Origin: a virus
Lineage: Duplodnaviria > Caudoviricetes
Strand: one strand, 5' to 3'
IMG/VR virus record: IMGVR_UViG_3300034082_000527
Location: 1 to 38,028 of that record
DNA length: 38,028 bases
In this document: piece by piece, positions 1 through 10,549 of the stretch
Layout of the letters: each line of letters starts with the position of its first letter
How positions within the stretch are numbered: position 1 is the stretch's first letter
Notes under the pieces: model-generated
The model's database searches: none
Told to the model about the DNA's origin: nothing
The model's input: the letters and a program-made list of their open reading frames with translations, nothing else
Made by a program: the position numbers and the translations under genes

Positions 1-1
1 A

Positions 2-2773
2 TCAGCAAATGACTTTAATTTAAATATCGGCGGAACACATACATCAACAACATTTAATAGAGAGTATTCATCTGGAGCCTACTCAATTACATCATCTGTT
101 TTAGATACATCTACTGATATATACGCATATAATTCAGATGGGTCTTTAGCAGGATATTCATCTACAAAGGCTTTTATTGCAACAAAAGGATTTAGTAAGA
201 TAGTGGTAATTGGCGGGACATCAGGAGATGTTCTTGGATTTACATATAAGAATACATTTACAACATCTAATACTACTGCTGAAGTTACCGCAGGACCATT
301 TATAACAGATATAACCCCATCAGCAATGGCTAATCAAAATAATAGCATTACTATTACAGGTGGAAATTTTGCCTCAGATGTAGCAGTAGCATTTACAGGA
401 ACATCATATTCTTCTACCGCTGCAAAATCTATTGTTAGAACAAATGCTTCTGAATTAATTGTAACAAGACCTGATAATTTTCCAGTTTCTGCTTCCCCAT
501 ATACAGTAACAATAACAAATCCAGGAGTAAATTCTCCAGTTGGAACTAATGCTCATATTGCAGCTGCTGCAGTTACAGCAGGAGTTATTCCATCTTGGAG
601 TACATCTACTACACTTCCTGCATTTCAAAAAACAGTTTCATATTCACAATCAGTTTCTGCAACAGATGCTGATGGATCTTCATCTATAACATATTCAGCA
701 AATTCAAGTACGCTTCCAACAGGGATAACACTTAGCGCAGGTACATTTAGTGGAACTCCATCTGCAAATGGTGGATCCTATACAGCATCAATTCGTGCAA
801 CAGATTCTGGTGGAAACTTTGTAGATAGAACATTTACAATGACTCAGGATAAGCCAGATGCTCCTACAATTGGTGTCGCTACTGCAACTGGAGAAACAAC
901 TGCCACAATTGCATTTACTGCTCCAACCTATACAGGAACGTCTACAATTACATCTTATACTGCAACATCATCACCATCAGGAGGATCAGGAACTTTATCT
1001 CAAGCAGGTTCAGGAACAATATCAATAACTGGACTTACAGGATCAACAGCATACACATTTACAGTTACTGCAACTAACTCAAGTGGAGCTTCATTAGCGT
1101 CAAGCGCAAGCTCAAGTGTTACTACGCAAACTCCAACCCTTACAATAAACTACCTTGTTGTTGCTGGAGGCGGTAGTGGTGGCGCAAGCATGGCTAGTGG
1201 TGGTGGAGCTGGTGGTTATAGAACAGGTTCGATAACTGTTAATGCAAATACTTACTCTCCGATTACAATTGGCGCTGGGGGTTCTGGGAGTTCTGGCACT
1301 AACAACGGATCAAAAGGCAACGATTCGGCATTCGCATCTATTATTTCATCTGGGGGTGGATACGGCGGCGGAAATCAATCTGCGGGTGGAAACGGTGGTT
1401 CAGGAGGTGGTAGCGGTGGATTAGGTAATAAACCGATCACTTCTCCCGCACAAGGATTTTCAGGAGGCACAGGTGGAGGACATCAACAGGGTGGCGGTGG
1501 CGGTTCAGGAGGTCTTGGCTCAAACGGTTCAATTAATGGCGCTAATGGCGGAATAGGAACAGCAAACTCTATTTCAGGTTCTTCTGTAACTTATTCTGGG
1601 GGCGGTGGAGGCTCAACCTATTGGGCCGATGGGGGAACACAAGGTCCTGGTCTTGGAGGCGCAGGCGGTGGAGGTAACTCTGGGTATGGTCAAAGTACTG
1701 GTAGTATAAATGGTATTTCAGCAAGCCCTAATACTGGCGGCGGCGGAGGTGGGGCTGCTTATGCTAATGGAAGCCATGGTTCAGGAGGTGCTGGTGGTTC
1801 AGGGGTTATAATTCTTTCTTACGCTGGAGCAACTGCCGCTTCTGGAGGAACCATAACTGCATCAGGCGGAAATACAATACATACTTTTACATCAACAGGA
1901 ACTTTCTATACTGGATTATCACCAAGTTCAGCTAAAGCTACAGGTGGCGCTATTACTAATGACGGTAGTTACTGGTATCACATTTTTCTTTCTTCGGGAA
2001 CATTTACTCCACAACAATCATTGACTTGCGACTATCTTGTAGTCGCTGGTGGTGGTGCTGGCGGTGGAGAACCATCTAATAGATATCAAGGTGGTGGCGG
2101 TGGTGCAGGTGGACTGCGTTCAACAGTTGGAACAACTGGTGGGGGTGGTTCTCTTGGAACTGCTTTATCTCTCACAGCAACTTCTTATTCAGTCACTGTT
2201 GGCGCTGGTGGTGCTGGTGGTTCAACAACTGGTGCTAGTGGAAGCAATTCAACATTATCAACCATTACATCAACTGGCGGTGGCGGTGGCGGTGATGCCA
2301 GTGAAGTAGGAACTAGTGGTAATGGTTTAACTGGCGGTTCTGGTGGTGGTAGTGGTTCTGGCCTCGGCGGTAAAACTGGTGGTAGCGGAACAACAAATCA
2401 AGGTTTTGCAGGTGGTAATGCTGCCAGCCCAACAGGTGGCGCTGGTGGTGGCGGTGCTGGTGCTGCTGCTGCAAATGCAACTACCTCTGGCGTTGCTGGT
2501 AATGGTGGTGCTGGTGTTTCAATTGCAGTTCTTGCACAACCAACAGGAACTGGTGTTGCTAATTATTATGCAGGTGGCGGTGGCGGTGGTCTAGAAGGAG
2601 CGCAGACTGGTGGTCTTGGCGGACTCGGTGGTGGCGGTAATGGTGGAACTTCATCTGCTGTTGCTGGAACTACAAATACTGGTTCTGGTGGGGGCAGCGT
2701 AGGTGCGGATAGCGTATCTGCTATGGGTGCACCTGGTGGCTCTGGTATTGTTATTATAAGATATCCAGTATAA
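2..2773 (+). CDS. 5'-truncated putative fibre/adhesin: IPT/TIG-like + Ig-like + FN3 stalk followed by two tandem glycine-rich domains
   Basis: Frame 2 is open from base 2 (SANDFNLNIGG...KGFSKIVVIGG), so the true start lies before the window rather than at 203. FN3 motif ITGLTGSTAYTFTVTATN. Two Gly-rich domains starting YLVVAGGG and ending GGSGVIILSY / GGSGIVIIRYP. Paralog of 2798..4762. Confidence 0.75.
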   Translation, partial: SANDFNLNIGGTHTSTTFNREYSSGAYSITSSVLDTSTDIYAYNSDGSLAGYSSTKAFIATKGFSKIVVIGGTSGDVLGFTYKNTFTTSNTTAEVTAGPFITDITPSAMANQNNSITITGGNFASDVAVAFTGTSYSSTAAKSIVRTNASELIVTRPDNFPVSASPYTVTITNPGVNSPVGTNAHIAAAAVTAGVIPSWSTSTTLPAFQKTVSYSQSVSATDADGSSSITYSANSSTLPTGITLSAGTFSGTPSANGGSYTASIRATDSGGNFVDRTFTMTQDKPDAPTIGVATATGETTATIAFTAPTYTGTSTITSYTATSSPSGGSGTLSQAGSGTISITGLTGSTAYTFTVTATNSSGASLASSASSSVTTQTPTLTINYLVVAGGGSGGASMASGGGAGGYRTGSITVNANTYSPITIGAGGSGSSGTNNGSKGNDSAFASIISSGGGYGGGNQSAGGNGGSGGGSGGLGNKPITSPAQGFSGGTGGGHQQGGGGGSGGLGSNGSINGANGGIGTANSISGSSVTYSGGGGGSTYWADGGTQGPGLGGAGGGGNSGYGQSTGSINGISASPNTGGGGGGAAYANGSHGSGGAGGSGVIILSYAGATAASGGTITASGGNTIHTFTSTGTFYTGLSPSSAKATGGAITNDGSYWYHIFLSSGTFTPQQSLTCDYLVVAGGGAGGGEPSNRYQGGGGGAGGLRSTVGTTGGGGSLGTALSLTATSYSVTVGAGGAGGSTTGASGSNSTLSTITSTGGGGGGDASEVGTSGNGLTGGSGGGSGSGLGGKTGGSGTTNQGFAGGNAASPTGGAGGGGAGAAAANATTSGVAGNGGAGVSIAVLAQPTGTGVANYYAGGGGGGLEGAQTGGLGGLGGGGNGGTSSAVAGTTNTGSGGGSVGADSVSAMGAPGGSGIVIIRYPV

Positions 2774-2797
2774 ATAAAATAAAAACAGGAGGAATAA

Positions 2798-4762
2798 ATG
2801 TCAAGTAAAGCAAGAAGAATGGCAGGTTCACAATCTTTTACAGTTGTTACATCAACTGGAGGATCTAAGACTGCTACCTTTACTAACCCGTTCCCCGCTG
2901 GAATTTATACAATTGAATCAATAAGCGGAGATTCAGATCTTGAAATTTATTTAGGATCGGCAGATGGATTAAATGTTGGATATATAACAGGCGGTGCTAA
3001 AGCAATAACAGCATCAGCCCCATTTAAATATGTAACTACAGCCAATGCCAATTCATCAGATGCTATTGTATTCTCTCTATATACACCATCAGCAAATGCT
3101 ACAACTATTGCTACAAAGACAGATGCTTATTGGGCCCCGCCAACAATTACGGCGGTATCCCCATCAAGTTTATTTAATATAGATTCAACAACTACAATTA
3201 CTGGAACTAACTTTGCAACAGATGCGGCGGTACAATTTAGAAAATCAGATGATGCTACATTAGTATCAGCTAAACAAATCGTAGTAGGTTCAAGCACATC
3301 TATTATTGCAACCCGCCCAGATTCATTTAGTCCAACAGACTCTCCATATGATGTCATTGTAACAAATGCTACTACTGGATTATCTGCTTCATCATTAAAC
3401 GCTATTACAGCAGGTTCTGCTCCAGTATGGAGTACATCTGCAACATTGCCAGCATTCCAAAAGACAGTAGCGTACTCACAAGCAGTAGTTGCAACAGATG
3501 CTGACACTTCTCCAACAGTTACATATTCTCAAGTTTCTGCAACATTGCCAACAGGCATAACATTTAATACAAGCACAGCAACATTCTCAGGTACACCTTC
3601 TGCAAATGGTGGCTCATATAATGCAGTAATTAGAGCAACTGATTTAGGTGGAAATTATGCAGATCGCACATTTACATTAGCACAAGATAAACCAGATGCG
3701 CCAGGAATTGGAGTTGCTACTGCTACTGGACAAACTACTGCAACAATTGCATTTACTGCACCAACATATACAGGAACATCTACAATTACAACATATACCG
3801 CAACATCTTCACCATCAGGTGGAACAGGAACTTTATCTCAAGCAGGATCAGGAACAATTACGGTTACAGGCTTGACCTTAAATACCTTATACACATTTAC
3901 CGTGACTGCAACAAACTCAAGCGGAACCTCAGTGGCATCAAGTGCAAGCTCAAGCATTACAACCGCTGGTGACTCATTTACAATACACTATTTAGTTATA
4001 GCTGGCGGCGGAGGATCTGGTAGTTATACTGGCTCTGGCGGCGGAGGTGGAGGAGCAGGAGGATATCGAACAAATACAGGATATTCTGTATTGGCAGGTA
4101 CATCGTATTCCGTAGAAGTGGGAGTTGGAGGAACAACTAGCGGAAGTGCTCCTACAAATGGAGGAAATTCAATTTTTGATACAATCACATCAACTGGAGG
4201 AGGTGCTGGCGGAGCATATAGTGGCGGCTATGTAAATGGAGCCGCTGGTGGTTCAGGTGGAGGTGCTTATGGTAATGCTGGTATGGCTGGCGGTGCTGCT
4301 TCTCCAGCTGGTCAAGGAAATCCAGGTGGGAATATAACTGGCAATATTTGGGAAGGTGCAGGCGGTGGCGGAGGCGCTGGAACTGCAGGAGCAGGAGGAG
4401 TCGCTGGTTCAACATCACCACAATCAACTTCAGGTGCTGGTGGAAATGGTTTATCATCTTCAATAACTGGAACTTCAGTTACTCGTGCAGGCGGTGGCGG
4501 CGGTGCAAGTGTATATGGGTCTGATGCTAATGGTGGAACAGGCGGTGGAGGCAACGGAGGATCTGGAACTTCAGGTGCAATTAATACTGGTTCTGGCGGC
4601 GGAGGCGGAGGCGGAAATGGTGGTTCAGGAATAGTTATATTAAAATATCCAGATACTAAAACAATAACAATAGGATCTGGTTTAATTGCTTCAACTGCTG
4701 GACCTTCTGGAGGCTATAAGGTAACATCAATTACTGGCGGCTCAGGCAGTGTTAACTGGTAA
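2798..4762 (+). CDS. Putative fibre/adhesin: IPT/TIG-like + Ig-like + FN3 stalk and one glycine-rich domain
   Basis: SD AGGAGG at 2787-2792. Stalk closely matches the preceding ORF (WSTSxTLPAFQKTV...QDKPDAP...YTFTVTATNSSG). Gly-rich domain from HYLVIAGGG to GGSGIVILKYP. Confidence 0.75.
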   Translation: MSSKARRMAGSQSFTVVTSTGGSKTATFTNPFPAGIYTIESISGDSDLEIYLGSADGLNVGYITGGAKAITASAPFKYVTTANANSSDAIVFSLYTPSANATTIATKTDAYWAPPTITAVSPSSLFNIDSTTTITGTNFATDAAVQFRKSDDATLVSAKQIVVGSSTSIIATRPDSFSPTDSPYDVIVTNATTGLSASSLNAITAGSAPVWSTSATLPAFQKTVAYSQAVVATDADTSPTVTYSQVSATLPTGITFNTSTATFSGTPSANGGSYNAVIRATDLGGNYADRTFTLAQDKPDAPGIGVATATGQTTATIAFTAPTYTGTSTITTYTATSSPSGGTGTLSQAGSGTITVTGLTLNTLYTFTVTATNSSGTSVASSASSSITTAGDSFTIHYLVIAGGGGSGSYTGSGGGGGGAGGYRTNTGYSVLAGTSYSVEVGVGGTTSGSAPTNGGNSIFDTITSTGGGAGGAYSGGYVNGAAGGSGGGAYGNAGMAGGAASPAGQGNPGGNITGNIWEGAGGGGGAGTAGAGGVAGSTSPQSTSGAGGNGLSSSITGTSVTRAGGGGGASVYGSDANGGTGGGGNGGSGTSGAINTGSGGGGGGGNGGSGIVILKYPDTKTITIGSGLIASTAGPSGGYKVTSITGGSGSVNW

Positions 4763-4771
4763 TTTAACATA

Positions 4772-4800
4772 TAGACTTATCATTAAAAAAATGGTAAAAT
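4772..4800 (+). promoter_or_regulatory. Sigma70/SigA-type promoter with extended -10
   Basis: TAGACT (4772-4777), 17-nt spacer, TG-G-TAAAAT (4792-4800), intergenic. SD AAGGAGG follows before the ATG at 4826. Confidence 0.65.
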
Positions 4801-4825
4801 AAAATATAAATAAGGAGGTAATACA

Positions 4826-5203
4826 ATGGCACACTTTGCCGAAATAGACGAAAATAACATCGTTACACGTGTACTCGTAGTAGATGATGCAAATGAAAAT
4901 GATGGACAAACATTCCTTGCTGAAACCTGTAATTTAGGTGGAACATGGATTAAGACATCATATAATACTCAAGGAGGCGTTCATTCAAATGGTGGCACAC
5001 CACTAAGAAAGAATTACGCTGGAATTGGATATACATATGACTCAGGAAGAGATGCATTTATTTCACCAAAGCCTTTTGCTTCATGGGTTTTGAATGAAGA
5101 CACATGCAATTGGGATGCTCCAACTCCTATGCCTGTTGAAGAAGGAAAATTCTTCACATGGAACGAAGAGACTACTTCATGGGATGAAGTTTCTTTAGTT
5201 TAA
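4826..5203 (+). CDS. Small acidic Trp-rich protein (MAHFA type); possible fibre assembly chaperone or partner
   Basis: Strong SD. Paralog of 15091..15498 (TSYN, R.N[YF]AG.G[YF]TYD...D.FI.PKP[FY].SW.LN..T..W..P). Follows Gly-rich genes. Function inferred from position only. Confidence 0.6.
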   Translation: MAHFAEIDENNIVTRVLVVDDANENDGQTFLAETCNLGGTWIKTSYNTQGGVHSNGGTPLRKNYAGIGYTYDSGRDAFISPKPFASWVLNEDTCNWDAPTPMPVEEGKFFTWNEETTSWDEVSLV

Positions 5204-5228
5204 ATTAAATTAAAAGCTGGGGGTAGTT

Positions 5229-6635
5229 GTGGCAGATAAAAATTTTAAGATCAAGACTGGTCTTACTCTGCCGCAACCCCTCCCAGCCGATCAAGGCGGA
5301 ACTGGGCAATCAACTTTAAATAATGCTTTAAATTCAATGCTTCCAAGTCAGGTGGGGAATACTGGAAAAGTATTAGCATCAGATGGAACAAGTACAACTT
5401 GGGCTACATTGCCTACGGGATATACTAAGGGGTCTACTGCATCCCGCCCAGCATCTCCTTCAGCAGGAGACTTATATTTTAATACAGATTATAGTTATTT
5501 TGAAAGCTATACAATTAATGGATGGTTTCCAATTGCCGCCGCACCTGGTATTCCAACTGGAGTAACTGCTACAAATCAACCTTCTAGTAGGGCATTTAAT
5601 AATGGGCAAATGTCTGTTGCATTTACTCCTTCAGCAAATGGCGGGGCACCAACAACTTTTGTTTTAACTCCATCTCCTTCAACATCTCCATCAACATTTA
5701 GCGGTAGTACATCTCCAATTACAGTAACAGGCCTTTCATCTAGCACACAATATACATATACAATTTCAGCAACATCGCCATATGGCACATCATCTGCTTC
5801 ATCTGCAAGTACTGCAGTAACTGCAACAACTGTGCCACAGGCACCGAGCTTAGTAGCAACTGGTGGATCTACAAACGTAAGTATTGCAATTACTGCTGGA
5901 TCGACTGGAGGATCGGAAATAACAGGATATACAATTATTTCAAATCCAGCAACTACTACTCAGACAACATCTTCTTCCCCATATACATTTACTGGTTTAA
6001 CAGAAGGTACATCTTATACATTTACTGCAACAGCAACAAATGCTAATGGAACTTCGGCAGCAAGTTCTGCAAGTAATTCAGTTTCAACTTCTCCACCATC
6101 CTATACTGTTCTTAATGGATATGTTGCACTTGCTTCTCATACATTTGCTAATAGTTCTACTAATACAATTACATTTGCAACTATCCCAACTAGCTATAAA
6201 CATTTAATATTAGTAACTCAATTACAAGGTACTCAAAATAGCGGTACTAGGTTGTATTTTAACAACGATACCACCAATGGAAATTATGCGGGAGCAGGTG
6301 GATATACTGCCGCAGGCGCAACTGGAAGTGCAGTAACTGTAAGCAATGCAACATCAAGTCAAGGAATAACAGATTTAGTTAAATTAACATCTCAATCAGA
6401 TAGCGCTACTGGTTCTGGTTTTGGCGTAATTGAAATAAATGACTCTTCTAGTACTTCAAAATTAAAAGTGGTTCGTGCTACGCAAGGAACATTAACTCCT
6501 GCTACAAACGGAGAACTAGGATTCTTGTATGGTGCCTGGACTGGCAGTACTGCTGCTATTTCTGCAATCACATTAACTGCAACCACTGGAAATTATAATA
6601 CAAATTCTCGAATTGATTTGTATGGAATTAATTAG
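5229..6635 (+). CDS. Putative fibre protein: anchor + 2 FN3 domains + non-Gly C-terminal beta domain
   Basis: GTG start after GGGGGT. Anchor motif KGSTASRPASPSAGDLYFN. FN3 repeats (TGLSSSTQYTYTISATS, TGLTEGTSYTFTATATN). C-terminal domain resembles the next two ORFs (ITFATIPTSYKHLIL ... SRIDLYGI). Confidence 0.7.
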   Translation: MADKNFKIKTGLTLPQPLPADQGGTGQSTLNNALNSMLPSQVGNTGKVLASDGTSTTWATLPTGYTKGSTASRPASPSAGDLYFNTDYSYFESYTINGWFPIAAAPGIPTGVTATNQPSSRAFNNGQMSVAFTPSANGGAPTTFVLTPSPSTSPSTFSGSTSPITVTGLSSSTQYTYTISATSPYGTSSASSASTAVTATTVPQAPSLVATGGSTNVSIAITAGSTGGSEITGYTIISNPATTTQTTSSSPYTFTGLTEGTSYTFTATATNANGTSAASSASNSVSTSPPSYTVLNGYVALASHTFANSSTNTITFATIPTSYKHLILVTQLQGTQNSGTRLYFNNDTTNGNYAGAGGYTAAGATGSAVTVSNATSSQGITDLVKLTSQSDSATGSGFGVIEINDSSSTSKLKVVRATQGTLTPATNGELGFLYGAWTGSTAAISAITLTATTGNYNTNSRIDLYGIN

Positions 6636-6643
6636 GAGGTATT

Positions 6644-7156
6644 GTGGCTACTAATCAAACATTTACACCAATTTATACTGTTAATACAGGATCTGCTGGC
6701 GCTATAAGTATTACTGGAATTAATCAAAATTATACACATCTTGTAATTACAGGTGGCTTTACTCGTAATATTAACGGGAATTTTGGTGGTCGTGGAGCTG
6801 AATTTCAATGGAATGGTATCACATCTGGTTATAGGACTAGACAAATAGCAAATTTAAATGATAATGGTTTATCTACCACTGCAACTCAAAGTATTACTCC
6901 AGTAGCGGGCAATTTGCTTTATGCTGGTAGAGGTAATTTTGAAGCTTGGGTGTTAAATTATACTAATACTAATTTTCATAAACATGCTACTATAAAGTAT
7001 ACTATCAGTGGAACAACTGAGTCAGGTGGCTATACTATTATAAATAATAGCTTAATACCAACTACATCACCAATATCTTCAATTTATATATATCAAAATG
7101 TTGATACTTTTGTTGATGGAGACGGTCTTACAATTTGGGGGGTATCAAATGCCTAG
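6644..7156 (+). CDS. Stand-alone beta domain paralogous to the tip of 5229..6635
   Basis: SD AGGAGG, GTG start. ISITGINQNYTHLVI ... PISSIYI ... LTIWGV pattern shared with neighbours. Confidence 0.65.
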   Translation: MATNQTFTPIYTVNTGSAGAISITGINQNYTHLVITGGFTRNINGNFGGRGAEFQWNGITSGYRTRQIANLNDNGLSTTATQSITPVAGNLLYAGRGNFEAWVLNYTNTNFHKHATIKYTISGTTESGGYTIINNSLIPTTSPISSIYIYQNVDTFVDGDGLTIWGVSNA

Positions 7157-7709
7157 TCCTACATTTACTTTAATTGCTGGAACTACACTATCGTCTGAAA
7201 CTAATGTGTTTCAATTTAATAGTATCTCACAAAGTTATACTGATTTGCGTTTATACACAAGCCTTAGAGGAACTGAAACAAGTGGTAATGATGTTAATGC
7301 TTGGATAAGATGGAACGGGGCTACAAGTGGATGGTCGAGCATACTTGCGTTACCTGGTTCTAATACAACTACTACTAGTACAATACAATCAGGAATAAGT
7401 AGCGGTAGTTGGACTAATAACCGTGGTATGCATGGCGGTGGAATTATTCCAACATCAAATGGAACTGCTAATTCATTTAATAGTTCATTTATTTTACTTC
7501 CAAGATATAATTATCAAGGAACTTTACATAGAAGAACTGCTTATACTGAATCTGCAAACTATAGAGCAGGTGGAAATAATACATTTTTAGTTCAAGCGGC
7601 AAGTGGAGTAAACTCAGGTGCGGTTGTATCTAGCATTACTATACAAACAGAATCTGGTAATTTTGCAGTAGGATCATCCGTATATCTATACGGATGTACT
7701 AGTTCATAA
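7149..7709 (+). CDS. Stand-alone beta domain paralogous to the tip of 5229..6635 (186 aa)
   Basis: Start reassigned from 7098 to ATG 7149 (G-run SD, 8-bp overlap with upstream gene, N-terminus aligns with paralogs). FQFNSISQSYTDLRL ... VSSITI ... GSSVYLYG. Confidence 0.65.
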   Translation: MPSPTFTLIAGTTLSSETNVFQFNSISQSYTDLRLYTSLRGTETSGNDVNAWIRWNGATSGWSSILALPGSNTTTTSTIQSGISSGSWTNNRGMHGGGIIPTSNGTANSFNSSFILLPRYNYQGTLHRRTAYTESANYRAGGNNTFLVQAASGVNSGAVVSSITIQTESGNFAVGSSVYLYGCTSS

Positions 7710-7732
7710 GTAAAGATAAAAGGAGAAATAAA

Positions 7733-7975
7733 ATGACAGAACAAACAATCCCACAGGTTTTAGAAATTAACTGTGAAACAGGCGAGGAGATATATCGCCC
7801 TATGACAGAAGAAGAGCTAGCGCAACGTGAGGCAAGCCGAATTGAATGGGAAGCGTCTGAGGCACAAAAAGCAACTGAGGCTGAAGCACTTGCTACACTT
7901 AAATCTTCCGCTAAAGCCAAGCTTATTGCTGGACAAGCATTAACTGCTGAAGAAGCAGATGTTCTTGTAATATAA
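7733..7975 (+). CDS. Small acidic helical protein, possible fibre partner or chaperone
   Basis: SD AAGGAG. 80 aa, Glu/Ala rich. Ends the 5229-7709 block. Function inferred from position. Confidence 0.55.
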   Translation: MTEQTIPQVLEINCETGEEIYRPMTEEELAQREASRIEWEASEAQKATEAEALATLKSSAKAKLIAGQALTAEEADVLVI

Positions 7976-7978
7976 TTC

Positions 7979-7997
7979 TGCTATAATTAAGTATAAT
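7979..7997 (+). promoter_or_regulatory. Extended -10 promoter candidate
   Basis: TGCTATAAT at 7979-7987 and a second TATAAT at 7992-7997 in the intergenic gap. No convincing -35. Confidence 0.5.
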
Positions 7998-8021
7998 CAA
8001 TTAGGGGATATGTGAACCAGA

Positions 8022-9005
8022 TTGTCAGATAAAGACTTTAAAGTTAAGAATAAACTGCAGGTTAAAGGTATAACCTCTGCAGGCCCCGTCGTTTCTGATG
8101 CATCTGGAAATTTGGATTCTACAACATACATAGCAACACAATATGGCGGAACAGGAACATCTACTTCACCTTCCTCTGGACAAGTTTTATATTCTTCAGC
8201 AGGAACTACATATTCCCCAACTACTTTATCTTCTTTAATTCAAGGATCTAGTTATCAAGCAGATGCTCCTTCTTCCCCCGACATTGGCGATATCTGGATT
8301 GAATCAGATTCTACTTCAGACTCATTTGACCCCAACATTATTCGCCGTCATACATTTACAGCAACGGCGGGACAAACAAATTTCGTAGCATCAGTAGCAT
8401 TCCTAGATGGATATGAGCAGGTATACTTCAATGGTCTTCTACTATTAAAGACAACAGATTATACAACATCTTCTAGTACTACTGTTATTCTTGGTTCCGC
8501 CGCAGCAGCAGGCGACATTATAGAGATAGTTACAATAACAAATTTAAACTCAACTAATACATATACTCAGTCTGAGATTAATACTATTGTTACAACTCAG
8601 GTAAATAATTTAATTGCCAATGCCCCAGCAGCCCTAAATACACTAGATGAATTAGCGGCGGCATTAGGCGATGACGCAAGTTTTGCTACAACAGTTACAA
8701 ACTCTTTGGCTGGTAAGAAAAATGAGACAGCCTCATCAATATCAGCAAATACAAATTTAGCAGTGGGAGTAAGATATTTTGTAACATCTGCTTCTGTTCT
8801 TACTCTAACATTACCCTCATCCCCTTCAGTAAATGATCAAATAGATGTATTTGATGCTTCTGGAAACGCTTCGACGTATAATATAACTGTGGCCCGTAAC
8901 GCCAAGTTAATTAATGGTAATGCGGGAAATCTAATTATTGACGTAGACGGCGGATGGTTTACTCTTGTCTTTACAGGTAATACATATGGATGGAAGGTAT
9001 CATAA
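8022..9005 (+). CDS. Mosaic tail-fibre-like structural protein
   Basis: TTG start. N-terminus MSDKDFKVK matches MADKNFKIK of 5229. Contains the phage tail fibre motif APAALNTLDELAAALGDDASFATTVTNSLAGK. C-terminal domain (LTLPSSP...DASG...NITVARN...ING...IIDVD...GW) shared with 13059..13565. Confidence 0.65.
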   Translation: MSDKDFKVKNKLQVKGITSAGPVVSDASGNLDSTTYIATQYGGTGTSTSPSSGQVLYSSAGTTYSPTTLSSLIQGSSYQADAPSSPDIGDIWIESDSTSDSFDPNIIRRHTFTATAGQTNFVASVAFLDGYEQVYFNGLLLLKTTDYTTSSSTTVILGSAAAAGDIIEIVTITNLNSTNTYTQSEINTIVTTQVNNLIANAPAALNTLDELAAALGDDASFATTVTNSLAGKKNETASSISANTNLAVGVRYFVTSASVLTLTLPSSPSVNDQIDVFDASGNASTYNITVARNAKLINGNAGNLIIDVDGGWFTLVFTGNTYGWKVS

Positions 9006-10549
9006 TGGCCGATTTAAGAGCATCAGGATTAGGTGGGGTTCCAAAAGGAGCAACCGCAGATAGACCATCATCTCCATCAGTTGGCGACGTATTTTATAAT
9101 GGTGACCTAGGATACTTAGAAATGTATACCGCACAAGGATGGTTTGCATCTTCACCAGTTCTTCCAGGACAGCCTACTTCAGTAGTTGCTACAGACTCGG
9201 CAAGTGGGCGGGCATTTAATAATGGAAGATCTTCAGTAGCATTTAACGTTGGAACTAATGGCGGGCTTCCAACATCATTTACAGTTACATCTTCTCCAGG
9301 ATCATATACAGCATCTGGATCAAGTTCTCCAATATTAGTTACAGGACTTCAATCAAATACTTCTTATACATATACAGCTACAGCAACCAATAATTTTGGA
9401 ACATCTTCTGCATCATCTGCGAGTACCGCAGTAACTGCAACGACTGTGCCCGCTGCACCAAGCGTAAGCGCTGCAAGTGGAGATGCACAAGCAGTTCTTA
9501 CATTAACAGGTGCTACAGGTGGGTCTTCTATTGCTTCATGGTCAATTACTTCAAGCCCAGCAACTACTACACAAACAGCCTCATCTTCGCCTTATACTTT
9601 TACAGGACTTACAAACGGAACATCTTATACATTTACCGCAACAGCAACAAACGCTAATGGAACATCTGCAGCAAGTAGCGCAAGTAGTTCTATAGTACCC
9701 GTCGTGACTGCATTTGATTATCTTGTTGTTGCTGGCGGCGGCGGAGTGCCTGGCAGTAATACAACTCCTGGTGGTGGAGGAGGAGCAGGTGGACTTCGCA
9801 CAACAACTAGCGTTAGCGGAACTTCTGGCGGCGGTGGCATATTAGAATCACAACTTACACCTATACTTGGAGCTACATATACTATAACAGTTGGAGCTGG
9901 AGGAGTTGGATCTGTTGCATCAGCCAATACAGCAACAAGCGGAACAAGTTCATCAATTTCAGGAAGTGGAATTACAACAGTAACATCAGTTGGCGGAGGA
10001 AGAGGAGCTTTTGATAATACTCAGGGAACAGCAGGAGGTTCGGGTGGAGGATCTTCATATAATTTAAGTTTTACAACTGGTGGAGCTGGAACAGCTAATC
10101 AAGGATATGCAGGCGGCGGACTAGACGCTGGTGCTATATCAAGTCAAGGTGCTGGCGGCGGCGGCGGCGCTGGAGCAGTAGGTGGACAAGGCAGCGATAC
10201 AACAGGATTTGGTGGTAATGGAGGAATTGGAATATCTTCATCAATTACTGGAAGTGCAACTTATTATGCAGGCGGCGGCGCTGGAGGAGGATGGAATTCA
10301 AGTAGTGTTTCTGGAGGTTCTGGTGGTGGAGGTAATTCAACAACCAGCGGAGGACAATCTGGAACAGCGAACACTGGAGGCGGTGGTGGTTCAGTTTGCG
10401 GAAATGCCAATCGTGGAGGTGGCGCAGGAGGTAGTGGAGTTGTAATTATTAGAACAATGCTTACTGCATCTTCTGCAACAGTATCACCAACAACAAGTGG
10501 ATCATATAAAGTTTATACATTTAATGCAACAGGAAGTATAACCTTCTAA
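9005..10549 (+). CDS. Putative fibre/adhesin: anchor + 2 FN3 + glycine-rich domain (514 aa)
   Basis: Start reassigned from 8990 to ATG 9005 (TAATG overlap). KGATADRPSSPSVGDVFYN anchor, RAFNNG FN3 pair, DYLVVAGGG...GGSGVVIIR domain. Confidence 0.75.
   Translation: MADLRASGLGGVPKGATADRPSSPSVGDVFYNGDLGYLEMYTAQGWFASSPVLPGQPTSVVATDSASGRAFNNGRSSVAFNVGTNGGLPTSFTVTSSPGSYTASGSSSPILVTGLQSNTSYTYTATATNNFGTSSASSASTAVTATTVPAAPSVSAASGDAQAVLTLTGATGGSSIASWSITSSPATTTQTASSSPYTFTGLTNGTSYTFTATATNANGTSAASSASSSIVPVVTAFDYLVVAGGGGVPGSNTTPGGGGGAGGLRTTTSVSGTSGGGGILESQLTPILGATYTITVGAGGVGSVASANTATSGTSSSISGSGITTVTSVGGGRGAFDNTQGTAGGSGGGSSYNLSFTTGGAGTANQGYAGGGLDAGAISSQGAGGGGGAGAVGGQGSDTTGFGGNGGIGISSSITGSATYYAGGGAGGGWNSSSVSGGSGGGGNSTTSGGQSGTANTGGGGGSVCGNANRGGGAGGSGVVIIRTMLTASSATVSPTTSGSYKVYTFNATGSITF

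Noticed and set aside
8010-8024. In-frame ATG TGA upstream of the 8022 TTG, hinting at stop-codon recoding
   Set aside because: TGA and TAG end genes normally elsewhere (ATGA overlaps at 17661, 24395, 37939), and the TTG start aligns with the paralog at 5229.
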